A DNA stretch of 61,890 nt from contig JAAZIN010000137.1 of assembly GCA_012800855.1 (NCBI GenBank), positions 1-61,890 on the forward strand. The letters are read 5' to 3'. The translations under genes and the position numbers were made by a program. How positions within the stretch are numbered: the stretch's first letter is position 1; each line of letters starts with the position of its first letter. Shown one piece after another: positions 10,970-22,229 of this stretch. The notes beneath the pieces are model-generated. The model was given only the letters and a program-made list of their open reading frames with translations, made no database searches and was not told the DNA's origin. The stretch comes from Bacillota bacterium (GTDB lineage: Bacteria > Bacillota > Dethiobacteria > DTU022).

Positions 10970-12518
10970 CGGATATCCCAAGCGGGCTTTAATAAGCGTT
11001 TCCGACAAAAGCGGCATTCTGAACCTGGCCCGCCAGCTGGACGCCATGGGCTGGGAGATTATCTCCACCGGGGGGACGGCCCGCGTTCTCTCCGACGCCG
11101 GCATTCCGGTAACGGAGGTGGCCAGGGTGACCGGCTTTCCCGAGATTCTCGGGGGGAGGGTAAAAACGCTGCATCCCAAGGTCCACGGCGGGCTGCTGGC
11201 CCGGCTCGAACTGGCAGAGCACCGGCAGCAGCTGGCGGAGCAGGATATTTTGCCCATCCAGCTCCTCGTGGTCAACCTCTACCCCTTTGCCGAAGTGGCC
11301 GGGCGTCCCGGCGCCCGCCTGGAGGAGGCGGTGGAAAATATCGATATCGGCGGCCCGGCCATGATCCGAGCCGCGGCTAAAAATTACAAGCATGTCAGCG
11401 TGGTGGTAAACCCGGCCCGCTACCAGCAGGTTGTGGCCGAGCTGGCGGAAAAGGGCGCCGTCTCCGAGGAAACCCGCTACCGCCTGGCGGCTGAAGCCTT
11501 CGCCCATACGGCGCATTACGATGCCATCATTGCCCACTACCTCAACAGCCGCCGCGAAGGAGGGGGCGAACTCTTCCCGCCGCTGCTTACCCTGCCGCTG
11601 CGCAAGGTCATTGACCTGCGCTACGGGGAGAACCCGCAGCAGGAGGCCTCCTTCTATGCCCTCGACTGGTGCCGCCAGGGGCTGGCGGAGGCGCGGCAGC
11701 TGCAGGGGAAGGAACTATCCTTCAACAACCTGAATGACCTGCATGCGGCCTGGGAGCTGGTGCTGGAGTTCAGCGCGCCTACGGCTGTAGCGGTAAAGCA
11801 CACCAATCCCTGCGGTGTGGCTTCGGCGGCAACCATTGAGGAGGCCTACCGGCGGGCCTACGAGGCCGATCCTGTTTCCATCTTTGGGGGAATCGTGGCC
11901 CTGAACCGGCCGGTGTCCGAGGAACTGGCCCACGAGATGACCAAGATCTTCCTGGAGGTGGTGGCCGCTCCCTCCTTTAGCCAGGAGGCGCTGGAGGTCT
12001 TCAGGAAGAAAAAGGATGTCCGCCTGCTGGAGATGGCCCCGCCTGCGCAGGCGCCGGCGGACCGGCTCGATGTGAAGAAGGTTTCCGGCGGCCTGCTCCT
12101 GCAGACGGTGGACAGCGAGCCGGTGGACATCTCGAAGGGCGAGGTGGTTACGGCGAGGGCGCCTTCAGAAAGCGAGTGGCGCGACCTGGCCTTTGCCCAG
12201 AAAGTGGTCAAGCATGTAAAGTCCAACGCCATTGTTGTGGCCAAGGGAGAGCAAACCCTTGGCATCGGCGCCGGCCAGATGAACCGCGTGGGCGCGGCAC
12301 GCATCGCCCTGGAGCAGGCCGGTGAGAAAGCCGCCGGCGCGGTGCTGGGCTCCGATGCCTTCTTCCCCTTCCCCGATACGGTGGAAGTGGCGGCGAAGGC
12401 GGGGGTAACGGCCATTGTCCAGCCGGGCGGCTCCCTGAAAGACAAGGAGTCCATCGAGGCCTGCAACCGCCACGGCATTGCCATGGTCTTCACCGGAAGG
12501 CGCTACTTCAAGCACTGA
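10956..12518 (+). CDS. purH: bifunctional AICAR transformylase / IMP cyclohydrolase PurH
   Basis: ..[26 protein letters not shown].. at the N-terminus. TTG 10956 follows GAAGGTG and overlaps the purN end by 14 nt. ORF 10860.. is over-extended. Confidence 0.9.
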   Translation: MTQSSGYPKRALISVSDKSGILNLARQLDAMGWEIISTGGTARVLSDAGIPVTEVARVTGFPEILGGRVKTLHPKVHGGLLARLELAEHRQQLAEQDILPIQLLVVNLYPFAEVAGRPGARLEEAVENIDIGGPAMIRAAAKNYKHVSVVVNPARYQQVVAELAEKGAVSEETRYRLAAEAFAHTAHYDAIIAHYLNSRREGGGELFPPLLTLPLRKVIDLRYGENPQQEASFYALDWCRQGLAEARQLQGKELSFNNLNDLHAAWELVLEFSAPTAVAVKHTNPCGVASAATIEEAYRRAYEADPVSIFGGIVALNRPVSEELAHEMTKIFLEVVAAPSFSQEALEVFRKKKDVRLLEMAPPAQAPADRLDVKKVSGGLLLQTVDSEPVDISKGEVVTARAPSESEWRDLAFAQKVVKHVKSNAIVVAKGEQTLGIGAGQMNRVGAARIALEQAGEKAAGAVLGSDAFFPFPDTVEVAAKAGVTAIVQPGGSLKDKESIEACNRHGIAMVFTGRRYFKH

Positions 12519-13861
12519 TGGAACCGGCGAAGGGGGAGAGAGCGGTGCGCGTACTGATTATCGGGGGAGGCGGCCGGGAGCATGCCCTGGCCTGGAAGCT
12601 GGCGCAAAGCCCGCTGCTGGAGAGGATCTACTGCGCCCCGGGCAACGCCGGCATCGCCGCCGTGGCCGAGTGCGTGGACATCTCGGCCGTTGATATCGAC
12701 AGGCTGGAAGAGTTTGCCCTTAAGAAGAAAATTGACCTGGCGGTGGTCGGGCCGGAGGCGCCCCTGGCGGCGGGCCTGGCCGACCGCTTTCACCGCGCCG
12801 GGCTGAGGGTTTTCGGCCCCGGGCGCGAAGGGGCCCGGCTGGAATGGAGCAAGATCTGGGCGAAGGAGTTTATGGCGCGCTGGGGAATCCCCACGGCCGC
12901 CTTTGCCGTTTTCGACGACTATGATGCCGCCTGCCGCCACCTGGAGAAGCACTACGCCGGCAGGCCGGTTGTGGTCAAGGCGGACGGCCTTGCCGCCGGC
13001 AAGGGGGTCACCGTGGCCCGGGACAGCGGCGCCGCCGTGGAGGCGCTCCGCGCCATGATGGTGGAGAAAGATTTCGGCGCGGCCGGGGAGAGGGTGGTCA
13101 TCGAGGATTGCCTTGAAGGCGAAGAGGTCTCCGTTCTCGCCGTTACCGACGGGAGCGAGCTGGTCATACTGCCCCCCTCGCAGGATCACAAGGCCATCGG
13201 CGAGGGCGACCGCGGCCCGAACACGGGAGGGATGGGGGCCTACGCCCCCGCGCCGCTGCTCACGGCGGAACTGGCCCGCAAGGTGGAACGTGAAGTCTTC
13301 CGACCCTTCCTGGCCGGCCTGGAGCGGGAAGGAATCGATTACCGCGGGGTCATCTATGCCGGCCTCATGGTCAGCAGAAGCGAGATTAACGTGCTGGAGT
13401 TCAACGTCCGCTTTGGCGATCCCGAAACGCAGGCCATCCTCCCGCTGCTGGAGTCGGACCTGCTGCCTCTCCTGCTGGCGGCAGCGGAGGGGCGCCTTGC
13501 CGCGGCCAGGAAAGAGCTGGATGTCCGCTGGCGCGACGGGGCCGCCGCCTGCGTGGTCCTGGCCTCGGCGGGATATCCCGGGCCCTACGAAACGGGAAAG
13601 GTAATCCAAGGCCTCCAGGAAGCCGCTCCTGCTGAAGGCTCCGCTCCTGGCAGGAAGGATGGGGTAGTGATCTTCCACGCGGGAACGTCCTTTGACAGCC
13701 AAGGTCGCATCGTTACTGCCGGCGGGCGGGTTCTTGGCGTCACCGCCTGGGCGGGGAGCCTTCCTGCGGCGCTGCAGAAAGCCTACCGGGCGGTGGAAAA
13801 GATCAGCTTTGAAGGCTGCTACTACCGGCGCGACATCGGCCCCCGCGCCCTGAAGAAATAA
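12518..13861 (+). CDS. purD: phosphoribosylamine--glycine ligase PurD
   Basis: ..VRVLIIGGGGREHALAWKLAQSP... ATG 12518 overlaps the purH TGA (TGATG). An alternative GTG start at 12545 has an SD. Confidence 0.9.
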   Translation: MEPAKGERAVRVLIIGGGGREHALAWKLAQSPLLERIYCAPGNAGIAAVAECVDISAVDIDRLEEFALKKKIDLAVVGPEAPLAAGLADRFHRAGLRVFGPGREGARLEWSKIWAKEFMARWGIPTAAFAVFDDYDAACRHLEKHYAGRPVVVKADGLAAGKGVTVARDSGAAVEALRAMMVEKDFGAAGERVVIEDCLEGEEVSVLAVTDGSELVILPPSQDHKAIGEGDRGPNTGGMGAYAPAPLLTAELARKVEREVFRPFLAGLEREGIDYRGVIYAGLMVSRSEINVLEFNVRFGDPETQAILPLLESDLLPLLLAAAEGRLAAARKELDVRWRDGAAACVVLASAGYPGPYETGKVIQGLQEAAPAEGSAPGRKDGVVIFHAGTSFDSQGRIVTAGGRVLGVTAWAGSLPAALQKAYRAVEKISFEGCYYRRDIGPRALKK

Positions 13862-13921
13862 TTGTTTTCATTTCCCTTGTTTTTCTTGTCCCCCTGTGAG
13901 CTTTTTTGTGCTAAAATAATG

Positions 13922-13951
13922 TTGCAATATTTATACATTTGACAATATATA
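13922..13951 (+). promoter_or_regulatory. sigmaA-type promoter for the CoA-transferase/ACAD/cobO block
   Basis: TTGCAA (13922-13927), a 17-18 bp spacer, then ATATAT/TATATA (13945-13951), inside an AT-rich gap. Confidence 0.5.
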
Positions 13952-13985
13952 GACAGCATGAACCTGAAACAAAGGGGGGATACTC

Positions 13986-15008
13986 TTGACGCAGGAGAAT
14001 TACGCCCTTGCCGGCGAGCGGCAGGCGCTTTACCGCCCCGCCGGCTGCAGAAGGCTCTTCACCAATCCGGACGTGGATGAGGCGAGAGCCTTATTTCGTG
14101 AAAAATCCCGCCAGAAGGTGGAGAAGGTAACCACGGTAAAGGAGGCGGTGGCCCGCCTGGTGCACGACGGCGATTACATTTCCGTGGGGGGCTTTGGCGG
14201 CACCCGCATCCCCACGGCCCTGCTCCACGAAATCGTGCGGCAGCGAAAGAAGAACCTGGGGCTGGCCGGCCACACCGCCACCCACGATTTCCAGATCCTT
14301 GTTGCGGGGCGCTGCATCAACCGCTGCGACGTGGCCTACGTCATCGGGCTGGAGGCGCGGGGCCTTTCGCGCACCGCCCGCGAGGCCATTGAAAAGGGCG
14401 AAATCGAAGTCACGGAGTGGACCAACGCCGCCCTGGCCTGGCGCTACAAGGCGGCGGCCATGGGTATATCCTTCATCCCCACGCGGACGATGCTCGGCAC
14501 CGATACGGTGAAGTACAGCGCCGCCGTGGAGATGGAATGCCCTTTCACCGGGAAGAAATACCTGGCCCTGCCGGCGCTCTTTCCCGACGTGGCCCTCATC
14601 CACGTGCACCGTGCCGATGTCTACGGCAACTGCCAGATCGACGGGATCATGGTTTCAGACTACGACCTGGCCCGGGCGGCAAAGCGCCTTATTGTCACCA
14701 CGGAGCGGCTGGTGCCCGAGGAGGTCATCCGCCGCGAACCCCACCGCACGGTGATCCCCTACTACCTGGTGGACGCGGTTATCGAGGTGCCCTACGGCTC
14801 CTACCCCGGCAACATGCCCTACGAGTACTTCAGCGACGAATCCCATCTCCAGGAATGGCTGCGCGTGGAGAAGGATCCCGAGGAGCTGGCCCGCTTCCTA
14901 GAACGCAACATTTACGGCGTGGAGGAGTTCTGGGAATACGTCCAGTTGAACGGCGGGCTGAAAAGGATGGCCGAGCTGCGGCGCCAGGAAGTTCTCGTGG
15001 ATATATAG
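13986..15008 (+). CDS. family I CoA-transferase, subunit A-like (glutaconate CoA-transferase GctA-like)
   Basis: 340 aa. ..VHDGDYISVGGFGGTRIPTALLHEI.. and overall length fit GctA-type A subunits. TTG start follows GGGGGGA. Confidence 0.7.
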   Translation: MTQENYALAGERQALYRPAGCRRLFTNPDVDEARALFREKSRQKVEKVTTVKEAVARLVHDGDYISVGGFGGTRIPTALLHEIVRQRKKNLGLAGHTATHDFQILVAGRCINRCDVAYVIGLEARGLSRTAREAIEKGEIEVTEWTNAALAWRYKAAAMGISFIPTRTMLGTDTVKYSAAVEMECPFTGKKYLALPALFPDVALIHVHRADVYGNCQIDGIMVSDYDLARAAKRLIVTTERLVPEEVIRREPHRTVIPYYLVDAVIEVPYGSYPGNMPYEYFSDESHLQEWLRVEKDPEELARFLERNIYGVEEFWEYVQLNGGLKRMAELRRQEVLVDI

Positions 15009-15192
15009 GCTCCGGGCCTAGCCTATTTGTATATGCACATTCTCCCTTCTTGAGCAGGAATGGGGCGCTTTGGGCAAGAATGAATAAACGCCCGGTATTT
15101 ACTGCCGGCGGCGGTGAAGCCCGCCAAGGGGAGGGGCATTGCCGCCCTTCTCGTGGAGAAGGACCCAAGTAAATGCCAAGGAGGAAGATAGA

Positions 15193-16335
15193 ATGGATTT
15201 CATGCTGGCGGAAGAGCAAGAGATGACCAGGCAGATGGTCCGGGAATTTGCCGAAAAAGAGGTTAAGCCCAGCGCCGCGGAGAGGGATGAAACGGAGACC
15301 TTTTCCCGCGAGATCTTCGACAAGATGGGGAAGCTGGGCTTGACCGGGATCCCCTGGCCGGAGGAGTACGGCGGTGCGGGCAGCGACTTCATCAGCTATG
15401 TCATCGCCGTGGAGGAGCTTTCCCGGGTGGACGCCTCTACCGGGACGACCCTGTCGGCGCACATCTCCCTGGCCAGCTGGCCCATTTTCAAGTACGGCAC
15501 CGAGGAGCAGAAGCAGAAGTACCTGGTGCCGCTGGCCCTGGGCGAGAAGCTGGGCGCCTTCGCCCTCACCGAAACTACCGCCGGCACCGATGCGGCGGCG
15601 GGGAAGACCACGGCCAGGCTGGATGGCGACAGCTATATCCTAAACGGGAGCAAGATCTTCATCACCAACGCGGGCGAGGCCGAGATCTACATAGTCTTCG
15701 CCCTCACCGACCCGGAGAAGAAGGGACGCGGCATGAGCGCCTTCATCGTGGAGAAGGGGACGCCCGGATTCTCCTTCGGCAAAAAGGAGAAGAAGATGGG
15801 GCTGCGCTCCTCGCCCACGCTGGAGCTCATCTTTGAAGACTGCCGGGTCCCCAAGGAGAACCTGCTCGGCCGTGAAGGCGAGGGGTTCAAGATTGCCCTG
15901 AGCACGCTTGACGGGGGCCGCAATGGCATCGCCGCCCAGGCGGTGGGGATCGCCCAGGGGGCGCTGGATGAAGCCCTGGCCTACGCGCAAAGCAGGGAGC
16001 AGTTCGGGCAGCCCATTGCCAACTTCCAGGCCATCTCCTTCATGCTTGCCGACATGGCCACGAAAATTGAGGCGGCGCGGCTGCTGACCTACCAGGCCGC
16101 TTACCTGGAAAGCAAGGGTCTGCCCTACGGCAAGGCCTCGGCCATGGCCAAGCTTTTTGCCTCGGAGGCGGCCATGGAGATCACCACCAAGGCCGTGCAG
16201 ATATTTGGCGGCTACGGCTACACCCGGGACTATCCGGTGGAGCGCTTCATGCGCGATGCCAAGATTACCGAAATTTATGAGGGCACCAGCGAGGCGCAGC
16301 GCATGGTTATTTCACGCTATCTCCTCAAGGGATAG
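15193..16335 (+). CDS. acyl-CoA dehydrogenase (butyryl-CoA dehydrogenase-like)
   Basis: [53 protein letters not shown] 15193 follows GGAGGAAG. Confidence 0.9.
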   Translation: MDFMLAEEQEMTRQMVREFAEKEVKPSAAERDETETFSREIFDKMGKLGLTGIPWPEEYGGAGSDFISYVIAVEELSRVDASTGTTLSAHISLASWPIFKYGTEEQKQKYLVPLALGEKLGAFALTETTAGTDAAAGKTTARLDGDSYILNGSKIFITNAGEAEIYIVFALTDPEKKGRGMSAFIVEKGTPGFSFGKKEKKMGLRSSPTLELIFEDCRVPKENLLGREGEGFKIALSTLDGGRNGIAAQAVGIAQGALDEALAYAQSREQFGQPIANFQAISFMLADMATKIEAARLLTYQAAYLESKGLPYGKASAMAKLFASEAAMEITTKAVQIFGGYGYTRDYPVERFMRDAKITEIYEGTSEAQRMVISRYLLKG

Positions 16336-16391
16336 CCGTCTCCGGCATGGGCGGCAGGCGTATCACCATGGGGAAGGGAGCATAAAGAGGC

Positions 16392-16922
16392 ATGGCTGGA
16401 GGGAAAGAGAAGGGCCTGGTGATGGTCTACACCGGTGACGGGAAGGGAAAGACCACCGCAGCGGTGGGCCAGGCACTGCGGGCCCTGGGGCACGGCATGC
16501 GGGTCTACATGATCCACTTCATGAAGGGCCGCGATTACGGTGAATTCCTGGCCGCAGAGAGGCTGCCGCACCTTACCGTTGACCGGGCGGGCAGGGACAG
16601 CTTTGTCAACCGGGAAAACCCCGATGCAGTGGACATCGAGCTGGCCCGCGAGGGCTTTGCCCGGGCGGCCAAGGCCGTCAAGAGCGGCGAATACGACCTC
16701 GTCGTGCTCGACGAGATCATCGTGGCCGTGGACTACGGCTTAATCCCCGAGGCGGAGTTGCTTAAGCTCCTGGAGGATAAACCGCCAGGGGTCCACCTGG
16801 TCCTGACCGGGCGCGGTGCTTCGCCGGAGCTGATCAAGCGTGCGGACATGGTCAGCGAAGTGCTAATGATCAAGCATCACTACCACAACGGTGTTCCCGC
16901 CTGCAAGGGGATAGAATATTAG
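16392..16922 (+). CDS. cobO: cob(I)yrinic acid a,c-diamide adenosyltransferase (CobO/BtuR type)
   Basis: GLVMVYTGDGKGKTTAAVGQALRALGHGMRVYMIHFMKG..LVVLDEI.. matches the family. Confidence 0.85.
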   Translation: MAGGKEKGLVMVYTGDGKGKTTAAVGQALRALGHGMRVYMIHFMKGRDYGEFLAAERLPHLTVDRAGRDSFVNRENPDAVDIELAREGFARAAKAVKSGEYDLVVLDEIIVAVDYGLIPEAELLKLLEDKPPGVHLVLTGRGASPELIKRADMVSEVLMIKHHYHNGVPACKGIEY

Positions 16923-17201
16923 GGCAGAAGCTGCGCAAGCTCAGAGCTAAGCGAAGGGTTTCACGTTTGCACGCGCCGCGCAACCGCGGCGTTTATCCAA
17001 GCAGAAATCCTTCGCTTTCTCTTTGCCAGGGGAAAGGAACAAATTTCGCGAGATTTTTCGGGCTGCAACCGGGCCGTTATGTTATCCCAGAAAGTCTTGG
17101 CAATGGCCCTTGGATGGTTACCCATGACCGGAGGGCTACTTGCCTGATGCACTTTTGCCCCCGTATGTCCATACAATATATCATTATGGGAGGCGAAGTG
17201 T

Positions 17202-19639
<2,438 letters not shown>

Positions 19640-19725
19640 TCCGGCCGTGCCCATCCCATGACGCCGCCGCGGCGCGGCAAGAAACAAGCGGCTGCAACTA
19701 TTGACCATGGCAGGTGGAAGAATTG

Positions 19726-20388
19726 ATGAAATGGATGAATAAGCTGGAGCGCAAGTACGGGCGATACGCCCTAAACAACCTCATCTTCTATGTAATCGCC
19801 CTTAACGCAACGGTCTTTATCCTATCATACCTGTCGCCGCAGCTTGAAGAGCTGTTGATTCTTTATCCCCAACGCGTTCTCCAGGGCGAGCTATGGCGCC
19901 TGCTGACCTACATTTTCATTCCGCCCACCTATTCACCCTTGTGGATTATTTTCGTTCTCTATTTCTACTACCTCGTCGGCAGCGGCCTGGAGCAGGCCTG
20001 GGGGGCTTTCCGGCTGAACCTCTACTATCTCCTGGGGATGATCGGTACGACCCTGGCCGCCTTTATTACCGGGGCCGGCTACACCGGGGCTTACATTAAC
20101 CAGTCGCTTTTTTTCGCCTTTGCCCATCTCTACCCTGATTTTGAGGTATTGATATTCTTCATCCTTCCCGTGAAAGTAAAATACCTGGCCTGGCTGAACT
20201 GGGCCATACTTGGCTTCACGGCAATATTCCTTCCCCTGCCCTACAAGCTTGCCGCCGTTGCGGCGGTGGCGAACTACTTTATTTTTTTCGGCCCCGACAT
20301 CTACCGCCGGATCAAGCTGCGGCGGCAGGTGCAGGCAAACCGCCGGCGCTTTTTTTCCGAAGTGCGCAAGGCGCAAAAGAAGCGCTAA
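19726..20388 (+). CDS. polytopic membrane protein with rhomboid-like signature (GELWRLLTYIF) but no obvious catalytic Ser/His
   Basis: 6-7 hydrophobic segments. ATG 19726 lies 7 nt after AGGTGGA. The ORF track gives GTG 19714. Confidence 0.55.
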   Translation: MKWMNKLERKYGRYALNNLIFYVIALNATVFILSYLSPQLEELLILYPQRVLQGELWRLLTYIFIPPTYSPLWIIFVLYFYYLVGSGLEQAWGAFRLNLYYLLGMIGTTLAAFITGAGYTGAYINQSLFFAFAHLYPDFEVLIFFILPVKVKYLAWLNWAILGFTAIFLPLPYKLAAVAAVANYFIFFGPDIYRRIKLRRQVQANRRRFFSEVRKAQKKR

Positions 20389-20503
20389 GCCGTTGCGGGG
20401 ATCTTTTTCAGAATTCCTGGAAAGACTATGAAATGATATGATATAATATTAAATAATGAAAATATTAATTTTAAAGAATATACGCGAGGAAAGGAGGGAT
20501 TAA

Positions 20504-21004
20504 ATGAGGATATCGCTCTTCGTGGACGGGGGCAACTTCTTTTACATGCAGAAGAAGGACCTGGGCTGGTGGGTCGATCCGCGGAAACTGCTCGATTACG
20601 TTAAAAGCAAGGGCGAACTGATTGACGCCAATTATTACGTGGGCAAGGATGCCCATCCCGAAGCCAGGCAGGATAAGTACCTCAAGGCGCTCACCTACAT
20701 GGGCTACTCGCTTATAACAAAGGATCTAAAAAATGTATTGCAGGATGACGGCACTTATAAGCAGAAGGCCAACCTTGATATCGAGATTGTCCTGGATATG
20801 TTTAATACCATAGACCACTACGATATGGCGGTACTGGTCAGCGGTGACGGTGATTTTGAACGGCCCATAAAGCTGTTGAAAGCGCGCGGCAAGAGATACC
20901 TGGTCATGGCCACCAAGAATTTTATTGCCAGGGAACTGAGGGAGGCTGTGGGTATGCACTACGTGGATTTTCAGGATATCAGGGAACTGGTGGAAAAAGA
21001 TTAA
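20504..21004 (+). CDS. NYN (LabA/DUF88-like, PIN-fold) domain protein
   Basis: MRISLFVDGGNFFY..DIEIVLDM..AVLVSGDGDFERPIKLLKARGKRY are NYN-domain hallmarks. Strong SD AAGGAGGG. Upstream extended -10 TGATATAAT at 20439-20447. Confidence 0.8.
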   Translation: MRISLFVDGGNFFYMQKKDLGWWVDPRKLLDYVKSKGELIDANYYVGKDAHPEARQDKYLKALTYMGYSLITKDLKNVLQDDGTYKQKANLDIEIVLDMFNTIDHYDMAVLVSGDGDFERPIKLLKARGKRYLVMATKNFIARELREAVGMHYVDFQDIRELVEKD

Positions 21005-21030
21005 TCCGTGCTGCCGGCAGTCAAAAACGT

Positions 21031-21059
21031 AAAACCCCTGACGCAGGGCAGGGGTTTTT
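21031..21059. terminator. bidirectional intrinsic terminator (NYN gene / tRNA-Trp)
   Basis: Perfect 10-bp stem AAAACCCCTG/CAGGGGTTTT with an 8-nt loop. A/T runs flank both sides. Confidence 0.8.
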
Positions 21060-21083
21060 GCACTTCAGGTTGCCGTAAAAAAA

Positions 21084-21159
21084 TGGCAGGGGAGACAGGA
21101 CTCGAACCCGCAGCCCCTGGTTTTGGAGACCAGTGCTCTACCAGTTGAGCTACTCCCCT
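21084..21159 (-). tRNA. trnW: tRNA-Trp (anticodon CCA), CCA end encoded
   Basis: The reverse complement reads AGGGGAGTAGCTCAACTGGTAGAGCACTGGTCTCCAAAACCAGGGGCTGCGGGTTCGAGTCCTGTCTCCCCTGCCA. It folds as a cloverleaf with anticodon loop CU-CCA-AA. Confidence 0.95.
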
Positions 21160-21168
21160 GCTGCCCCT

Positions 21169-21197
21169 ATTTTAATCCAGCGCCGCACTTTTGTCAA
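21169..21197 (-). promoter_or_regulatory. consensus sigmaA promoter of tRNA-Trp
   Basis: On the minus strand, TTGACA (21197-21192), 17 bp, then TAAAAT (21174-21169), about 10 nt before the tRNA 5' end. Confidence 0.8.
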
Positions 21198-21275
21198 ACA
21201 GCTCGCGCACCGCGCCGGCATCCACCGGGGCTCCACGTCAAATAAGCGGCTAAATCGGCCCTGCAATGAACAAAA

Positions 21276-21305
21276 TGGGACAAAAAGGTACGTCCCCATT
21301 GTCCC
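21276..21305 (-). repeat. 30-nt intergenic element, copy B (minus strand: GGGACAATGGGGACGTACCTTTTTGTCCCA)
   Basis: 27/30 identical to 54-83. Part of an inverted repeat AGGTACGTCC (21286-21295) / GGACGTACTT (21312-21321). Confidence 0.7.
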
Positions 21306-21351
21306 ACTTCTGGACGTACTTGCCCCGGCTTCCGGCCTATACCTTGGCATA

Positions 21352-21380
21352 TTGCACAGACAGCCCCATTAATATAAAAT
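21352..21380 (+). promoter_or_regulatory. sigmaA-type promoter of proC-proB-proA
   Basis: TTGCAC (21352-21357), 17 bp, then TAAAAT (21375-21380). Confidence 0.6.
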
Positions 21381-21413
21381 AAATTTTAATCACCTTTCCA
21401 GGAGGGGCAGAGA

Positions 21414-22229
21414 TTGGGCTCATTTGCTGCCGGCATTATCGGCTGCGGCGTCATGGGCGCGGCACTGGCCCGGAGGCTGGCCGCTTCCGGGAAGATTGCC
21501 CCACCCGAACTGTGGCTTTTTGATGTGGAGGGGCAAAAATCTGCTGCGGTGGCCATGGAGTTGGGGGCAAAGGCGGCAACGGAGCCGGAAGCGCTCTTCC
21601 GGCAGTGCCGCTACATTTTCGTGGTCGTTAAGCCGCAGGACGTCAAGGCCGCCGCCAGCGGCTGGGCGGAGCTTTTCCAGCCCCCCGGCCAACTGCTCAT
21701 CTCCCTCGCTGCCGGTATCACGACCCGCTTTTACGAAGCGCTCCTGCCGGAGGGGAGCAAGGTCATCCGCCTCATGCCCAATACCCCCTGCCTTATTGGA
21801 GAGGGGGCCGTAGCCATGAGCGCCGGGAAGGCGGTGACTCCCCAGGAAGCGGCGGAGGTAGAAGATCTCCTGCGCTGCCTGGGCCTGGTGGTTCCCGTTC
21901 CCGAGCAGGCCATGGATGCAGTGACCGCCCTTAGCGGCAGCGGCCCCGCCTACGTCTACCTTTTCATCGAGACCCTCATCGATGCCGGGGTGAACTTGGG
22001 CTTGAACCGCGCCACCGCCAGGGCGCTGGCCGTGCAGACTGTTCTCGGGGCGGCGCAGATGGTCCGGGACAGCAGCCGCCACCCTGCGGAACTGCGCAAC
22101 GACGTGACCTCGCCCGGGGGGACGACAGCCGCCGCCCTGGAGGTGCTGGATGGCGGGCGCTTCCGGGGCGACCTGATCAGCGCGGTCAAGGCGGCGGCGC
22201 GGCGCGCGGGAGAGCTGAGCCATGATTAG
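21414..22229 (+). CDS. proC: pyrroline-5-carboxylate reductase
   Basis: GIIGCGVMGAALARRL..NDVTSPGGTTAAALEVL.. TTG start lies 6-7 nt after AGGAGGGG. Confidence 0.9.
   Translation: MGSFAAGIIGCGVMGAALARRLAASGKIAPPELWLFDVEGQKSAAVAMELGAKAATEPEALFRQCRYIFVVVKPQDVKAAASGWAELFQPPGQLLISLAAGITTRFYEALLPEGSKVIRLMPNTPCLIGEGAVAMSAGKAVTPQEAAEVEDLLRCLGLVVPVPEQAMDAVTALSGSGPAYVYLFIETLIDAGVNLGLNRATARALAVQTVLGAAQMVRDSSRHPAELRNDVTSPGGTTAAALEVLDGGRFRGDLISAVKAAARRAGELSHD

Noticed and set aside
9401-11275. Very long antisense ORFs: 9401..11275 (624 aa), 36437..38704 (755 aa), 17564..19216 (550 aa), 34270..35745 (491 aa), 12503..13702 (399 aa), 29668..31014 (448 aa), 55602..56504 and others.
   Set aside because: They lie opposite or out of frame to genes with unmistakable homology (purMNH, mutS, ligA, PBP, purD, SpoVB-like). 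Their translations are Arg/Pro/Gly/Ala-rich low-complexity strings with no recognisable motifs or SD sites. These are typical shadow ORFs of GC-rich DNA.
21005-21413. Integrated mobile element or genomic island at tRNA-Trp (and similarly at tRNA-Gln, 57100-57380).
   Set aside because: No integrase, recombinase or transposase ORF is present, and there is no duplicated tRNA 3' segment (att-like direct repeat). Both tRNAs are simple monocistronic units with their own promoter and terminator. Only the compositional shift of the NYN region is retained, as a finding.
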